Below are positions 1-14,389 of a DNA stretch of 64,000 bases, one piece after another. Position numbers and translations under genes: made by a program. The stretch spans positions 5,952,001-6,016,000 of the forward strand of contig OZ076420.1 of NCBI GenBank assembly GCA_964187785.1. The letters run 5' to 3'. This DNA is from Amphiscolops sp. MND2022 (lineage: Eukaryota). The stretch's first letter is position 1. The number at the start of each line of letters is the position of its first letter. Under the pieces are notes generated by a model. That model was given only the letters and a program-made list of their open reading frames with translations, searched no databases and had not been told where the DNA came from.

Positions 1-989
1 TCATATAAACATAATAATGGGCATACGGAGATATATAATAGGAGCTATGGTTGTGAGCAACCCTACGATTCTTATATAATTCCCATCCCCAAGCAAACAT
101 TTAAGTTATATGTACATATTCTACGAAACCCTCATCAAGCGCTGTTATCAATCTAAAGCTACTGAAACAAAACTCTTCATAACTTTCCCTAATGGAAAAA
201 AGATGGAAACCGAAACCACATGGCCAATGCCTCTAAAACTAAGTTGTTATGAGTTAATTCATCGCAAATTCATCCATTATGAGTTTCATCAAGAAAATAT
301 CATAACTTCCCAATATACATTGATCTGTTCATTTTTTCGTGAATCATAACCATGACGCAAATTGTGGTTACACTATTTTGCTTAACTACAGCTTTAGGCC
401 ATCTTGCGGTGAAATTTGACATGGTCAAGTTATTGATTTATTTCTTAGCCAATGGTAAGGTGAGCGCAACAGGAATTGTGTCTTGTCACCTAACATGATC
501 AGAAGAAGAGTTCAGCAATTTGGAACAAGCAACAAGCAACGCAATTCATTGTTACAAACTACGCTAGCGAACGGACGGTCAAATCACTACTATAACCTAC
601 GCTCAATTTGTTTTCTCTGATATACTACATGTACATCCAAATTTCATCTAAACATACTCTTAACATAAATTCAACCATATGAACTTCTCCATCTCTTTCT
701 CTGAAATACTTCTCTAGTCAGCGTGAACCAACTAGAAAATACAGAATTATTATCAGAATGGTATTCATTGTCGTGTATGACTATCTTTTCCTGTTAGACT
801 TAGAAACGGCAAAATCACATCGTTCTCTGAAGGTACAAATGACTCATCCAGAAATCATCTTGAAGCGGGTACTAATGATGACGCTCCTAGTATTGAAATC
901 ATCATGCGCAATCAAATCAACGCATTGCAAATTCAACTTTTAACTCTCAAATATGGACAAAATCTCAAATTGCCAGCTTACAGAAGGAA

Positions 990-2100
990 ATGGGAGAAAT
1001 CAAAGCTTTACTTGCAGCCTTAACTCAACGAATTGTTCCCAAACTTGTGGAAGCGCACGCCAATGGCTTCGGCATGAACAGCCACAGCAGGCAAGCCAAC
1101 TTGTTGACAGGAGCCAACAGAACCACACAAAGAGCTTCTACGACACAAAATAGACAATCCTACACAGACTATGAAGATTCAGACGACAGCCCTGGACCAC
1201 CAGCAGGATCGCATGAGAATGAACAATTACTCAATCCAGATAAACTTAACGAGTTTAAACACCTGCTCCTAAACCATTTCAGACCACTGGCCCACAAAAT
1301 TACGGAGGAAGGAAATACTGTTCTTTCAAAGTCTATTGCGAGATGAAGTAATGGAATATTGGCAGACCATTACCATCCTTTCAACCACCACACTCGCAGA
1401 TGTGTTGGCACTCTTCCTCAAAGAGTTCGCGAAAGAAAACATGATGGAGGAGGCAAGGCACAAATGGAACGAGGCTAAATATGACCCTGCAAATGAGGCG
1501 TTCGGCGATTTGCTCATAAACCTGAAAACGACCGTGAAACAAGCATTCGACAATGATGTGGAAAATTGTATCAAGATGTTCTTTTTCGGAAAACTACCTG
1601 ACTAAGTACGAGAAGAACTAACCATAGCAAACAAAGCAGACAGTTCACCAGAAGAAATCAAGTTGTACTTGATGCGCAAATACCAGTACAAACAATCACT
1701 TCAACCGCTCAGAACTCCCAACGATTTAAACAAGCTTCAGCCAGTACACTACGCGAATTTTCATTCAAAAACAACCACCCCAGCAACAACCAGAAAAAAA
1801 AACAATTCGGACTATGCTTTAACTGTGTCAAAAATGGACACCGCAAACAAGAATGCAAATCCAGACAAAGAGATGAAAACAGCAATACCATTAAAGAATA
1901 CGTAATAAAACAACAGCAGAGACCCGAAAGAAAACCCAAGTATAATCCAAAATTAATTAGCCAGATTTGCAGGTAAACTTGGCACTGGATTGCCGCCAAT
2001 GAATTCCCAAGCAATTCAGCACCCCTATGAACTGGTCCAAAATTGAAAAGCTGAACCACAAGACAATTAGGACAGACGACGAGAACTGCGCAACCAACAA
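990..2100 (+). pseudogene. gag: Decayed Ty3/Gypsy gag with CCHC zinc knuckle
   Basis: Broken ORFs 990-1346 and 1336-1605 continue past a stop (..FFFGKLPD*VREELTIANK..). The knuckle CFNCVKNGHRKQEC (CX2CX4HX4C) is at about 1811-1852. Confidence 0.7.
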
Positions 2101-2883
2101 CGACCACTCCGTCAATTAGCGAAAACGTTTGCCACAGATATGAAAATCAAACCTCCGAAGAGGAGCAGGATTTCCAATGAAGTCACGATCTCAACCCGCA
2201 ACAACGGGAAGTGCGCAGCAAAAACACTCAACTACAACTACGACTAACAAACTTCACCCAAAGAGGACATGGCACTACTTGACCAACTGCAGGTTGTGAC
2301 TAAAGTCTAGTCTTACAGAAAGTTCTTGTTTGAACAGTTTCCGATATTGTTGAAGTTGACGGTGATTATATCGACTCTAAGGAAGAAGACGAAAACTTTT
2401 TTCATTTGATATGGATAAAATAAAAAGCCGTCTGACAATACAGTAACCTACATGGAGATGCCAGAAGACTACTGTTCAGTTAATTTCATTGTTGTTATTG
2501 TTTTTGGCAGATTTCTGATGAAACTGGATCTAGCAGATCCCAATTTTGCTGATTTTAGACCTTATTCTGCAAAACTAATGCACTTTGGCTAAACCCCATT
2601 TTTGGACCTCGGAGGTATGTAGGAAGTCACAGGAACGTTAGGAACCCTATGATTCGTTTTTACAAGCTTGTGGGGCGTGTCTGGACTTTAAGAGTGCCGG
2701 CACGTCGCCTCGGAACTCTAAATTAAGGAGCCTCCTCGACACTAGAAAAGGAGACCATTTTGGGATTAAAAACTATTGTTTAGGTTGTGGTAAGACAACC
2801 GTCTCCTGTTCAAGCAATCTAGTCATTGTCCCATTTCTAGGATGTACGTTATTAGCTTGACGTTACATGTTACATTTACGCAC

Positions 2884-4118
2884 CTCTTGGCAGCAATTTT
2901 GATGCTGTTGTCCCGGGACCGCGTGTAGATGATGAAGGAAGTTTTGTCCGGCTCATTCTCTGGCGCCGGAAGATGGGCTACTGTGGCGCAGTGGTCCACT
3001 GTCTTGTTCCATTTCGACATCTCCTCACAATTCATCAGCAGATCGAACACCTTCTTCCAATCGGCCTCCACTGAAACCTGCCATCAAATTTTGAGTCAGC
3101 GCAGTTTCGTAGAAAATGAGCGCGACTAATACAGTGGCGAGTTTTTTTTCGTCAGACAACAGAATGTATGCGTAGTGGACACTTTCTACAGAACTAGTAA
3201 ACTACTGGACCGGCTAGCGGAAACGCATCGAAGATAGTGCAAAGGGTCCCCCTTTCATTCATTCCATTTTTAACGTAAAATACAAAACCGGACGAGACAA
3301 TAGGGTTCGGGTATATTTTCCCTTTCAATTTTTTTCGATTTTTTTTGTCTCCGAAGCCCCCTTCGGTTTTATTGAAGTTACCCCTCGTATTATTCGGAGT
3401 AAAGTAAAAGGTATTTTACAGGATTTTCTCAGAATAATGCTTCATGTTTCAATATCTTACAAGAAGTTCCGAATTAGACCCTTTCCGTGAGTTCAGAGAT
3501 TGGTTGTGACTTTGGTTAGTTAGTAGTTGTGTTCCCCGCTGGTTGGACGACAATTGGTCCCAAGGGACGATTCGTCCCAAATTCCATAAAGAAACAATAC
3601 GTTCCAAGCGGCAATTCGCCCCTTTTTGAAAAAGCGACAATTCGTCCCAAATGGTTTATTTGATCAGCTAATTAACAACCTTCAGAAGATTGAAATTAAA
3701 AAAAAAACAAATGGTTCTAAGAATAGACTGACATGATTCAGTATTGAATTTTAATGTACTAGTCTTAAAACCCTGACGAAGGTGAAAGAAGATTATCCAG
3801 TTTGACAAAAAAGCACTTTTAATTGGTGTCAATTGTTGGTACCTGCCTCTAAATGTACTATTTCTGGATTAATTCTAACAAAGGTCAATGGGACGAATTG
3901 TCCCTTTACTGTTCAAACCTACCCCCCCCCCTCCTAGGTCACTGACCTGGACCTTGATGACTTTCCTGTGGAGACTGGGACAGGTGCCGGTGAAAGTCCG
4001 GATGGCCCCGTCCTCCTTCTTGTCCTTCTCCTTCCACATCTCCCTGTCTGCCAGCTGGTTCACCCCTATGGCCCACTGGGTGCTAGCCAGAGTCTGTGCT
4101 TGCTTGTCCTCAAACAAA
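2884..4118 (-). CDS. Two exons (4118-3947, 3077-2884) of a host START/StAR-related lipid-transfer domain gene
   Basis: CAG|GTCAGT donor and GCAG|GTT acceptor join in phase 0 to give ..LADREMWKEKDKKEDGAIRTFTGTCPSLHRKVIKVQ|VSVEADWKKVFDLLMNCEEMSKWNKTVDHC..IIYT..IAAKR|, which resembles StAR (W-K-E, M-x-x-W-N, expected RDFV next). The exons are GC-richer than the flanks. Other exons were not located. Confidence 0.7.
3636..3902. repeat. Small MITE-like unit with 14-bp inverted repeats
   Basis: GACAATTCGTCCCA at 3636-3649 and its exact reverse complement at 3889-3902; variant copies at 3549-3580. Confidence 0.5.
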
Positions 4119-7100
4119 CTGCTATCTAATTACCCAATACACAATGGCAACTTCGCTAGAACGGACTTTTTCTCAAAAATTGACCATTTTTACCCTCGTA
4201 GAAATGACTATTCCAGTGAACAATTGTGGTGGCGGAAGTTTGTGTGGAACGTTGAGGGTACCCAAGGTTAGTTCTGTCCGTTATGAGTAACTTTGTCACA
4301 ATACCGTAACCTACTGGATAGAAAAGACAATTTCAATTTTCGTCTCGGCAGTTGGTCTAAACGCTATCACGGAGACGACAAAAACGATTGGAGAAAAAGA
4401 AACAACTTTGAAACATAAATTAAACGGTCTGTTTCGCAGCAGTAAACCGCCGCAGAACACTTGATGTTACGATTTGCGTTCGAGTCGTCGTTTGAAGTAG
4501 AACTAATCTTTATAGATCTTGTTGGAGTGTAAAAACCTTCGTTTGTTTTAGGTTTCAACAATTTCAATAGTTCTCTTTAGGATTCCGCTAAAAGACCCCC
4601 GATTTCAGAAGTTATCTCTACCTTCAAAGAAACCCTAAGACCTTCAAGGACGCTATTTCCAATCCCAGGAGACTTAGCTGACGAAGGTCCCGCGATGGCT
4701 ACGCCTTGGTCACTCAAATCTACATTCTCTACCAAAACGGGAAGTTATGGCTTCACTAACGTTTTCGGTGCTCTCCTGTTAAACGTTTCTTCTCTTTCGG
4801 CTTCTGGTTGACATCCTGATGGAGAAATTCGTTTTCAAGATTTTAATCGATGTTTGGGGTAGCAAAGGTTTATGTTAGAAGCAAAGCAAAGGCTGATCAG
4901 CACGTTTTGCAAATTGACTGTTTTATTTGAAAGCAAAAGACTGAGTCCTTCGTTCACAAATCTTGGGGTAAATATACCCTCTTAGCATCATTTGATCACG
5001 ATTATTCTCCTAATCCATTTCTGAACAATTAGTCATTTCCTTTATTTCGAGAGAAAATTTCAACTTAATCCCTAATTTGCGTCGACATTTCAACAATTTT
5101 CAAGACACGAAGATCTTAACCCAGCATTAGTCATCAAACATGATCACTACTTTTCACTCCGGCGTTGTTTCATTTTCCTCCCAAGCAGAAAGTAGATTTT
5201 ACTTCATTCCGAAAATATGTCTCTGTTATACTACTTTGGTTTGCGGGAAACTGAAGCGGAGCTAACACTGACGTGAACAACGAACACTTGAGTTTGAATT
5301 TCATCTTGACGGGAAAGATTTCACCAAACGAATTTCTGAATGATGCTAAGATAGGATAAGATGACAGCCGAACACAATTTAAATTACCTCACACAAAAAG
5401 GTTACTGCAAAGCATTTGCAAACTAGCCACAAGGTAGGTGACGACGTAGCAACGTCGGTCCCATCAGATGATATCATAAGACTTGCATTCTTACAGTGCG
5501 AAATAACAGTTGTTTTATTTTGGTTGCGATCATAAATTGTGACTTTTGAACAAGTAACCAAATGAAAATTCCCATATTTATGACATGTGTTTAAGGTGAT
5601 TTTATTTCTCATTCGAATGTCTTTAAACTTTGTCGACGCATCCTAAACGCAGAATTAGATAGTTCTTAGCCTTAAGCGAAGTTATAACGTGATTTTAAGC
5701 TAATTCCTTCCCAAATGATTTTTGCTAAAATAGCATATCTTTTCAAATTTAAAAATAATAAGCAATCCAAACGCTTATTTTATAAACTTGTCCCGTCGTG
5801 TTGACGAGTTACCCAGCAAACTTAGCTAGCTTCCTTGTTTTGACCAGATGCTAACGAGTTTTCGGAATGAATTTTATCTAGCTTCCATTGTAGTGACGTA
5901 GTGCTGACGTCACTGCCATATGGAACACTAGCACCTGCGGTCATATTTGTTTACTAAACGACAGGTTTTTGTCCAAGACTGCCATAATTGCCTTTCAAAG
6001 AGCAATTGAACTGTCTATTCAAAGAAAGGCGTAATTCTTTCAATGTGTGTCTCAAAAGTTTCTTCTATTTTAGATCAGAGTATGTTCTCATTTTGGGAAT
6101 CGTTATTCTTCTAATTTCTGTTTAGATTAGTCTATAATTTTAACCCTTAATTAGCTTTAATATTGGTTTCAGGTTGAAAATGACTGTAAATTTGAGCGGC
6201 TTGAACGTCTCACCGTAAATACCTGAGAATTATTTTATTCTGTTCGTTTTGGGCGTTCATGTCCGATTTATCTCTGCTCAAAAATGAAAATGGGCACTTA
6301 TTGCCCATCAAGTCACAGTTTATTCTTATATAGAACAAGTTTAACAACCAAAATACCTTTTAGTCGGTTTAGCTTTGCAACCATTCCCTCGTCCGTAACA
6401 TATCCCACTGCAGCCGCAAACCAGTCCGGGAGCGGACTGTGACACTCGCATCACTATTTCTCGCATTATTCGAAACCACCACCGGTGGCTGTGATTTCAA
6501 AACAAAATCAAAACAACCGATCAGTTGGTAGCGGCAATAACTGACACTGCACACGATTACGTGTACAAAAACATAAATGAGTCGCTGGAAATCGGAGGAG
6601 AGAAAGAGATGTTGCATGTGGATAAAAAGTGGATAAAACGACACCCTGAAAGGAAACAAGCCGAGAACGGCCAAAATCGGTGCCTTATCTAAAGCTCAAA
6701 TTGTAAAAGGGGAGACCTTTTGAATTTAAAAACTTCCCGGAGTTTTTTTAAATGTGATTTTTGAACAGTGTCACAGTGTCAAAAAATGTTGAAGGAGGAC
6801 CCCTTTAGAATTTTTTGTTTTTGACATCTATTGTGTTGCAAAATATCGGAACAAATGAAGGTGCAATCCAAAAAACTTCGAAAAAGTGGCATAGTGCGAA
6901 AAAAGTGGGGCTATGGTAGGATCCTTAGTGTGTTTTCTAGGTTCTGGGCGTGTTTTGTTTTCAACGCGCTTCTGAGGTTCGAGTGTTTTGAACCTCCATA
7001 GTTCAAGTTATTGAACAAATGAACAAAAAGTGGACCTTACGCGTCTAAGAAAAACTACCCACGGTAAGAGTCGGGCACATTTTCTACTAAAATGCGCTGA

Positions 7101-7329
7101 CTGAAAAACAACAAGAAAGTTCAGCAAAAGGGAAGAAACGGGCCATATGAAGTGATCACAACACAAGAAGTGTCAATCTTGTTTCGACATTCTTTAATCA
7201 GATTGATGTTACTCGTTGTTTCTTCGGAACCTTTCTTCTCGGTGTAGTTGTTGAAACTAGCGGCGGATTCAGTCAATAAACTTTTTTTCTGATAAAGCCG
7301 ACTTTCTACAAAAGCGGAGAAAATGAGCG

Positions 7330-7970
7330 ATGCCTTTTTTTACTGAAAAGGACATTTCTCCCAAAAACGAGCTTCATGCAAACTTGAAATAGACAAATGT
7401 TTGAAACTTCCAGGAGTTTGATGGCCCCTGATAGAACTGTTTGCTGTTTTGCATTTGGAGTGAAGTTGTTGGCTGGAAATTCGGTTTTCGATTCACAAGT
7501 CCTAATGTGATTCCGCAAACTGAAATTTGTTAGATCAGACATCTTGGCGATTGCAGTGCGTAATGAAGCTTAAGCATCGTCCTCAGCCACCAAGATGGAG
7601 GTATCATCAGCATACTTGTTCACTGTCACATTACTCGTGGGTTTCAGAGTATCAGAAATGTAGTTTTGAAGAAATCAACGCAGTTAGAACACCGCATTGA
7701 GGAACTCCGATCAAACATTCAGATCTGGTAATTCCGAATTTGATTCGAATTCTCCTGGTTGAGAATTGGCTAATGATCAGGCTAATAGACTATCTCGGCT
7801 CCAAGCGCTACCGCCTTATTACTTTAACGAGTCGCATGGGTAAAACGTTAGAACTTGTGCAAGCGAAAGGGGTTACTGAAGACTTTCGATGACAGCCGTT
7901 TTCTGCGAGACGAACAAGTATGTTTCGGCAAGAACTTCAGAACGAAATCTCTGAACCAGCAGCAGCACTG
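7330..7970 (-). pseudogene. Non-LTR (LINE) reverse transcriptase fragment
   Basis: Minus strand reads GVPQCGVL (about 7708-7685) and NKYADDTSIL (about 7620-7592), with frameshifts. Confidence 0.75.
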
Positions 7971-8226
7971 TTTGCGATACGCCGGCTTGAAATAGTTTCA
8001 AAAGTAGTTGCTTTTTCTAGGTCGGTGCTGACCAGTATTCCTTCTGGTTCAGAGATTTCTTTCTGAAGTTCTTGCCGAAACATACTTGTTCGTCTCGCAG
8101 GAAATGGCTGTCATCGAAAGTCTTCTGTAACCCGTTTCGCTTGCACAAGTTCTAACGTTTTACCTATGCGACTCGTTGAAGAAATAAGGCGGTAGCGCTT
8201 GGAGCCGAGATAGTCTATTAGCCTGA
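7777..8226. repeat. Fold-back: two ~195-bp inverted arms, ~60-bp spacer
   Basis: 7777-~7971 is the reverse complement of ~8032-8226 (TCAGGCTAATAGACTATCTCGG.. / ..CCGAGATAGTCTATTAGCCTGA), with scattered mismatches. Confidence 0.9.
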
Positions 8227-8239
8227 GTTCGGTATGAAA

Positions 8240-9060
8240 GTCACGTAAGCATCTCTCCTTACCCAGCTTGACATTATCAAACAAAAACTTTAATTATGTA
8301 GTTCAGGGGACAGTGTGTTTGATAAGTTGAGGCGGGGAAACATTATTGTCAAATATTTGCTCGTAACACTGAGTCCATTGAGTGTCTGAGGAAGTTGGTC
8401 AAGTTATAATAAGTTACGGTCAGTAGTTTTAACTAGGATCAGTGCAAGAGTGTCAGCGCTGAGTCGAAGTATCGTTTCATTGAAATTAGCAGTTTTTAGA
8501 TTTTCAACAGAGAAGAAAAACTTCTTTAGGAAGTGTGTTATTTCCTCTGAGTAGCACTGTAACAAGCTTTTCTCAATTTCCAGTGGACCCTTACGTTGTT
8601 TCTTTTTCTCCAAAGTGGAACGTTGGCATTGTCTCCAAAACATTGCCGGAAAATCCATTCAGATGGAGATTTGCCTAAACCCAGGAATATCTTGCTTTTT
8701 CACAGGCATATTTTTTCACTGCACAAAGAATTTGGAAGGTTCCGGTGTGGAAAAAACTTGCTAGCTGTTCTTAATTTATTGGTCGAAGACAAAAAATAGG
8801 GGGTCCAAAAGGTATGAAGTGGTTGTTAACCACCTTCGTTTTCAGATCTGCTGTCACGTTTGACTACAGGATATTTTTAATTCCGAGGAACAACTATCCT
8901 GCGTCGTCGTTCATCAATAGTAATTGGTGTTCAAAGCCAAGACTCGTGCTGGTTGGCACAGTCGTGCCAAGATGTTCGTACCACATCTCAAGTGGAGAAC
9001 TTTATATTTTCTAGCTCGCTGAGCAAATTCCAATTCCAGGTATCTTTGGCATACTCTATA
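8240..9060 (-). pseudogene. pol: Gypsy pol fragment (integrase zinc-binding region and start of core)
   Basis: Minus-strand remnants resembling C-x-x-CQ of the integrase Zn finger, followed by ISI*MDF..GPL. Confidence 0.45.
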
Positions 9061-10193
9061 CCCAGTAAAATAAATTTCAGGTAATTGGCTTTTTGGAAGT
9101 CGGAAGCTTGCAGGAAGTATAGTAACGCTCGGAACAGCGTTTTCGTGCTTGTAGGACGCTTCGGGACTATAGAGTTAGCCTGCTTGTTGCCTCAGGGTTT
9201 TGAATGAGTGGTCTCCTCGACGCTAGAAATATCTCCTTAGGAGTTGTAGTAAGACTATGATCTCCTGTCCAGGCAACCTAGGCATTATCCCATCTTTAGT
9301 ATGTACGCCTCTTGTCAGATGTTGCAGTTTGAGGTTGCCCGTTCTAACATACAGGTTTCATTGTGCTTCGTCATAAACAACCAAGTGACATTAAAAGTCT
9401 TTCGAAATTTCATAAGAGAGCATTAAACTTGATTGCAACACATCCAATCATTGGTAGGGCTTCAATTACTGTGAACGTCTTTCAATTTTTTCGAGAAACT
9501 AGTGAGAATTCCACAATGAAAAGACTAAAAACCGCGCAGAAAACCTTCAAATTTGAATTTATTTTCCAGGTGGCAGTTTCGGATACAAGTACCAACTTTG
9601 TTCACAAAATTTTTTCCTTTGTGATTTCACTCGCTTCTGATGAGGAAAACCAACAGCGTCGCAGAAAACAGTTTTTACTCGCAGAAAACAGTCAATTTTA
9701 AGATAATCAAAGTCAGAGTGAGTGAAAAATATCTTTTAAAAAAATTTTCCGCACACATAAAATCAGGGAGCAAAATCATGATCTGTTAACGGTAAAAACT
9801 CCAAAACTTCATACTCTGAAACTCAAACTTTCACAGACGTCTTTTTCTACTATTTTCTAGTTTATTCACTCTTTTTTAATTCTACTCTTCATTCAAATTG
9901 TCTTATTCAAACCATTTTTTGGGGGCCATTGAAAACAACTTTCATTCAACGAAAATCGATGCTTTACTGACAAAATAGGCTTGCTAATTACTTCCAAAAC
10001 ACACTTATTTAAACCCCCAACCATTCAAAAAACAAAACAACAATCATTCGAAAAAACCTCGTTTTCCCCAATCAAAGTTTCAAAGCTGTATCGTCAATCC
10101 GTACAGGATACGTTCCACTGTATACGAAGTATTTCAAGAAATTCCAAAGTATCCAAAGTTTGAAAAATCGAAGCATCCAATGTTCTTAAAGGC

Positions 10194-10430
10194 AAATTCA
10201 AAGTAACTCAAAGCAATCTTGGTCAATATTCAAAGATTCAAAGTTTGTAAAGACAAATTCAAAATGACTCAAAGCAGTCTTCATCAGTATAGAAAGAGCC
10301 AAAGCTTGTAGAGACCAATTAAAGGTAATTCAAACCAGTCTTCGTCAGTCTTCAAAATTTGGAGCAGCAAATTCAAAGTAATTTAAAGCAATATTCACCA
10401 CTCTTCAAAGATATCAAGGTTCTCGCAAAG
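10194..10430 (+). repeat. ~60-bp tandem repeat (about 4 copies) in the BEL/Pao leader
   Basis: CAAATTCAAAGTAA(C/T)TCAAAGCA(A/G)TCTT.. recurs near 10194, 10255, 10316 and 10368. Confidence 0.65.
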
Positions 10431-10449
10431 TATTTAAAGTCAAGACCAG

Positions 10450-11900
10450 CTCAAAAATCAAAGAAACGTAAAGTGAAGCTAAGCCAAGTAAAGAAAAGAG
10501 CTACGAAACAACAGAAAAAAACTACGTGATCAAAAGCCGAATTGACAGAGATTGAAATGCAAAAGAAAGGCCGTGCTTCCCACAAGTCGGTTGCCACTAA
10601 ATACTGGACAGAAGGAGAATCGCTAAATCTGCCAACGCGCTCTGTCAGCATCGCCGATGCAGGTATCCGGTTGGAACAACTACACAAAACTCTCTCCAGA
10701 AAATAAATCTTCCTAAACGACCTCAATCTACAAATTCAAGCAAAATTTGACAAGAAGAAAACTTGGGAACCGACATCCTGCAATCTGAAGAATTTGACGA
10801 TAAACTAGTTCAACAGTTGGACCAGATAGACCGATTCATCAAAAGCATCACACCAGCTGTACGTGGAACAACATCAACATCATCAACAATTACAAGAAGC
10901 ACTTGCCCATTAACTACAGCGAGGTTGCCTAAACTGGATCTGCCACCTTTTTCAGGAGATTATCTCTCATAGACCTCACTCTTCGACTTGTTCACTGGAG
11001 CAGTTCACAACAACAGCACCCTGCAGAACAGCCAGAAGCTCCAGTATCTCAAAGCATCTTTGAAAGGCGATGCAGCAAAGCTTATAGCATCGGTAACAAT
11101 CACTGACGCTAGTTACCCTGTCGCCTTGAAGATGTTGCAAGACCGCTACCAAAACAACGCATGATCTTGCGCGCCCAAGTACATGCCATATCTACACAGA
11201 AACAGCTTACCAATGAAACCGCTAAAGATCTTCAACTTGTTGAAACCGTGGAAGAACATCGATTGGCCCTGGAGAACATGAGTCAACCAGTCGACCAGCA
11301 AGATATCTTTCTTGTATACCTCGTCACCGAAAAACTCCCTAATGACACGATGTAGCTTTGGAAGCTCTCAACGCCTGGAAGCCTGGAAAGTACCCTCAAA
11401 CTTACAACGACTTAAAAAATTCCTGGAAGCTAATGCTTGGCTTTAGAAGCATCAACACTCTCTGCGCCAACTATTTCATCATAGCATCGGTTTACAACTC
11501 GTCAAAACAACAACCAACAATCGCACTCCTCACAACCTAACTACAATACCAATACAACAACGAACAAAATCAATTGCGAGTGTTGCATTGGCACTCACAA
11601 ATTACATCTCTGCCCAAAATTTAGGCAACTTTCAGTCTCAAATCGAGCTGAATTCGTGAAAATGAAGCAACTTTGCTTCAACTGCTTGCGAGCTGGTCAC
11701 CGACAACAAGAATGCAGAGGATCGACGCGTAAAAATTGCAACCTGAAGCACCACACTCTACTTCATCTACAATCACCACGACAAACACGTTCTGTCAACA
11801 GTACAGTTGAGGATAACAATCGACACAATGAATCATAAAAAAACAACTAATACGGAATCACCACCACCAGAACTGTTCACAGCTACTTCGCTTTCTCCTC
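10450..11900 (+). pseudogene. gag: BEL/Pao gag (DUF1759-like region, Cys/His knuckles)
   Basis: LPKLDLPPFSGDY, QKLQYLKASLKG and CFNCLRAGH..C..HHTLLH, interrupted by stops and frameshifts. Confidence 0.85.
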
Positions 11901-11944
11901 AAACAACCGGAACAGTCTTCTTGTAAACAGCCATTATAACAATC

Positions 11945-14260
11945 TTGGTAAACGGTGAGGCCACCCTTTGCCGAGCACTTCTCGATTCAGGTTCCCAAAG
12001 TTATCTCATCACTGAGAATCTAGTCACACGACTAGGTCTTCAAGTGAAAAAACAACAAGTGCGCATCTTTGGTCTGGGCGCCAAGGATGAGCTACAACAT
12101 CGAGGAACCACGGACTTCTTTATAACCCCGAAAAGAGCAGCCGCTCTTCAAGTGAGAACCTTTGTAATGTCAAAGCTCACCAACATCTTGCCTTCATGCA
12201 AGGTTTCCACTTCGTCATTCAAGCATCTTCCAAACATCAAGCTCGCCGATCCGACATTCAACACACGTTCTGGAATTGACATGCTGATTGGAGCTGAACT
12301 TTATGAAACCATCATGTTGGATGCACGGATCGAGGAAAACAACAATGTAACAGACCGTGATTCGTTGTTTGGGTGGGTTGTCATTGGAGGTTTGTCTTCA
12401 GTGTCTATTCAAACCCTCACAACCTGCCGCAGCTCATTGCGTTCGATTCCCGAAGAAGAAACCCTTAGGAAGTGTTGGGAGATTGAAGATCTTCCTCAAG
12501 GCAATCACTTCACCAAAGAAGAACAAACCTGCGAACAACACATTCAACAAACCACAACACGGAATGAAAATGGACTATTCATCGTCAAACTACTTTTCAA
12601 AAAAGACGCCATACCACTTGGTGACGCTTTTCACCAAGCAAACGTCGCCTCGAACTTTTCTCTACCGACTTTCTAAAAACGAGAGCCTCTATACTAAATA
12701 CGCAGCCTTCATTAGGGAATTTTTGGATCTGGGACACCTCGAGAAAATACCGGAGTCTGAGATTCCAAGAGCAACCAGCGAGTCATTCTATCTGCCACAC
12801 CACTGTGTTCTCAAGGAATCCAGCACGACAACCAAATTTCGTGTGGTTTTTGACGCCTCGGCGAAAACAACCTCCGTAGTCTCAATAAACGACAATCTCA
12901 TGCTTTGTTCGAAGATCCAAAAGGATCTCTTCGAGATAGTGATCAGTTTCAGATTTCACAAGGTGGTTTTGTCAGCCGACGTCGGCAAAATGAACCGCCA
13001 GGTACTTCTCGACACAGAAGACAAATATTTTCGCAGACTACTTTGGAAAAAACCACCATCATCAACTCTAGAATATTACAGCATGACTCGAAATACTTAC
13101 GTTGTAACGTCAGCTGGTCTCCATGCCATACGACAGTTGCTCGAGTTAGGCGACGCAACACAGCACCCCACCGCAGCCCTAGTTCTCAAATCGGACATGT
13201 ACGTCGACGATCTATTAACCGGAACCGCCTCCAAAGAAGAAGCTGATTACTGCAAGATGCCCTCATCATACATCTAGCTAACGCTGGTTTCCAACTACGC
13301 AAGTGGTCTTTCACTCGTTGAACGCCTTCCCGGAACATATCGAGAATCAGCCGACACCAGACACATCGAATCTGAAGCTTATTTCATCGAAACACTTGGC
13401 GTCGTCTGGAAACCGAAGCAGGACATCTTCACCTTCATCGTGAAATCGGCCGATAAAGCCCCACAAACGAAACGACAAACACTCTCTGAAGTCACCCGCA
13501 TCTTCGACCCGTTGGGTCTCCTTTCGCCAATTGTCATCCAAATTAAGTTGTTCATTCAAGCACTTTGGTTGGATAATTTGTCTTGGGATCAACCATTGAA
13601 TCACAACCTCATAACAATACAAACATCTCAGTGGCAATATCAAGTCAATCGAAGATATCGACAACCCGAGATTCATTCTCGATGAAAATGAACCTTCCAA
13701 AACTCACTTCAACTCCATTGCTTTTGTGACGCCTCTACAATTGCTTACGCCGCAGTTGTCTACATCCGTCAACCCGTCAGCCAAGGACACCTTCGAAGCC
13801 AGCTTCTCGTGGCTAAAACACGAGTGGCACCAATCAAAACACTTTGTGTTCCTCGATTAGAGCTCTGTGCAGCTCTTTTGGGAGCTTGGGAGCGCAACTT
13901 GTTCAATCGATCAGAATTGCCTTGGATGACGAACGATTTCCCGACCTCGAAATTTTTGCTTGGACCGATTCTACAATCACTTTGGTTTGGATAAAAAGTC
14001 ATCCGAGTCGTTGGATAAGTTTCGTTGCTAATCGCGTAGCGAAAATTCAAAAGCATGTCCCCACTGAATCCAATCCAGCCAACTGTGCCAGCAGAGGAAT
14101 GTCACCACTTCAAAGTCACCATCTGTGGTGGCAAGGACCTGAGTGGCTGCACATGCCAGCTTCAGCGTGGCCTCAAATCGACATTACTTTGCCAGAAGAA
14201 AGTATAAAAGAAGCTAAAATGTTGAACAACTCGTTTCAGCTTGATTACAGAAAACTTGTG
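11945..14260 (+). pseudogene. pol: BEL/Pao pol: protease, RT, RNase H
   Basis: ALLDSGSQ (protease); YLPHHCVLKESSTTTKFRVVFDAS and YVDD (RT); FCDAS, AKTRVAPIK..PRLELCAA and WTDS (RNase H). Several frameshifts. Confidence 0.92.
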
Positions 14261-14389
14261 AGTATTAACACTCACAACGACACAACCCAGAAACACCCAA
14301 GCCTTGTTTACCTGCCAGGCCGTGTACAAGCAATCCTTAACCACAACAAAGGAGAAACAGCAGCAACAGTAAAATCATCAGAAGAAGAA

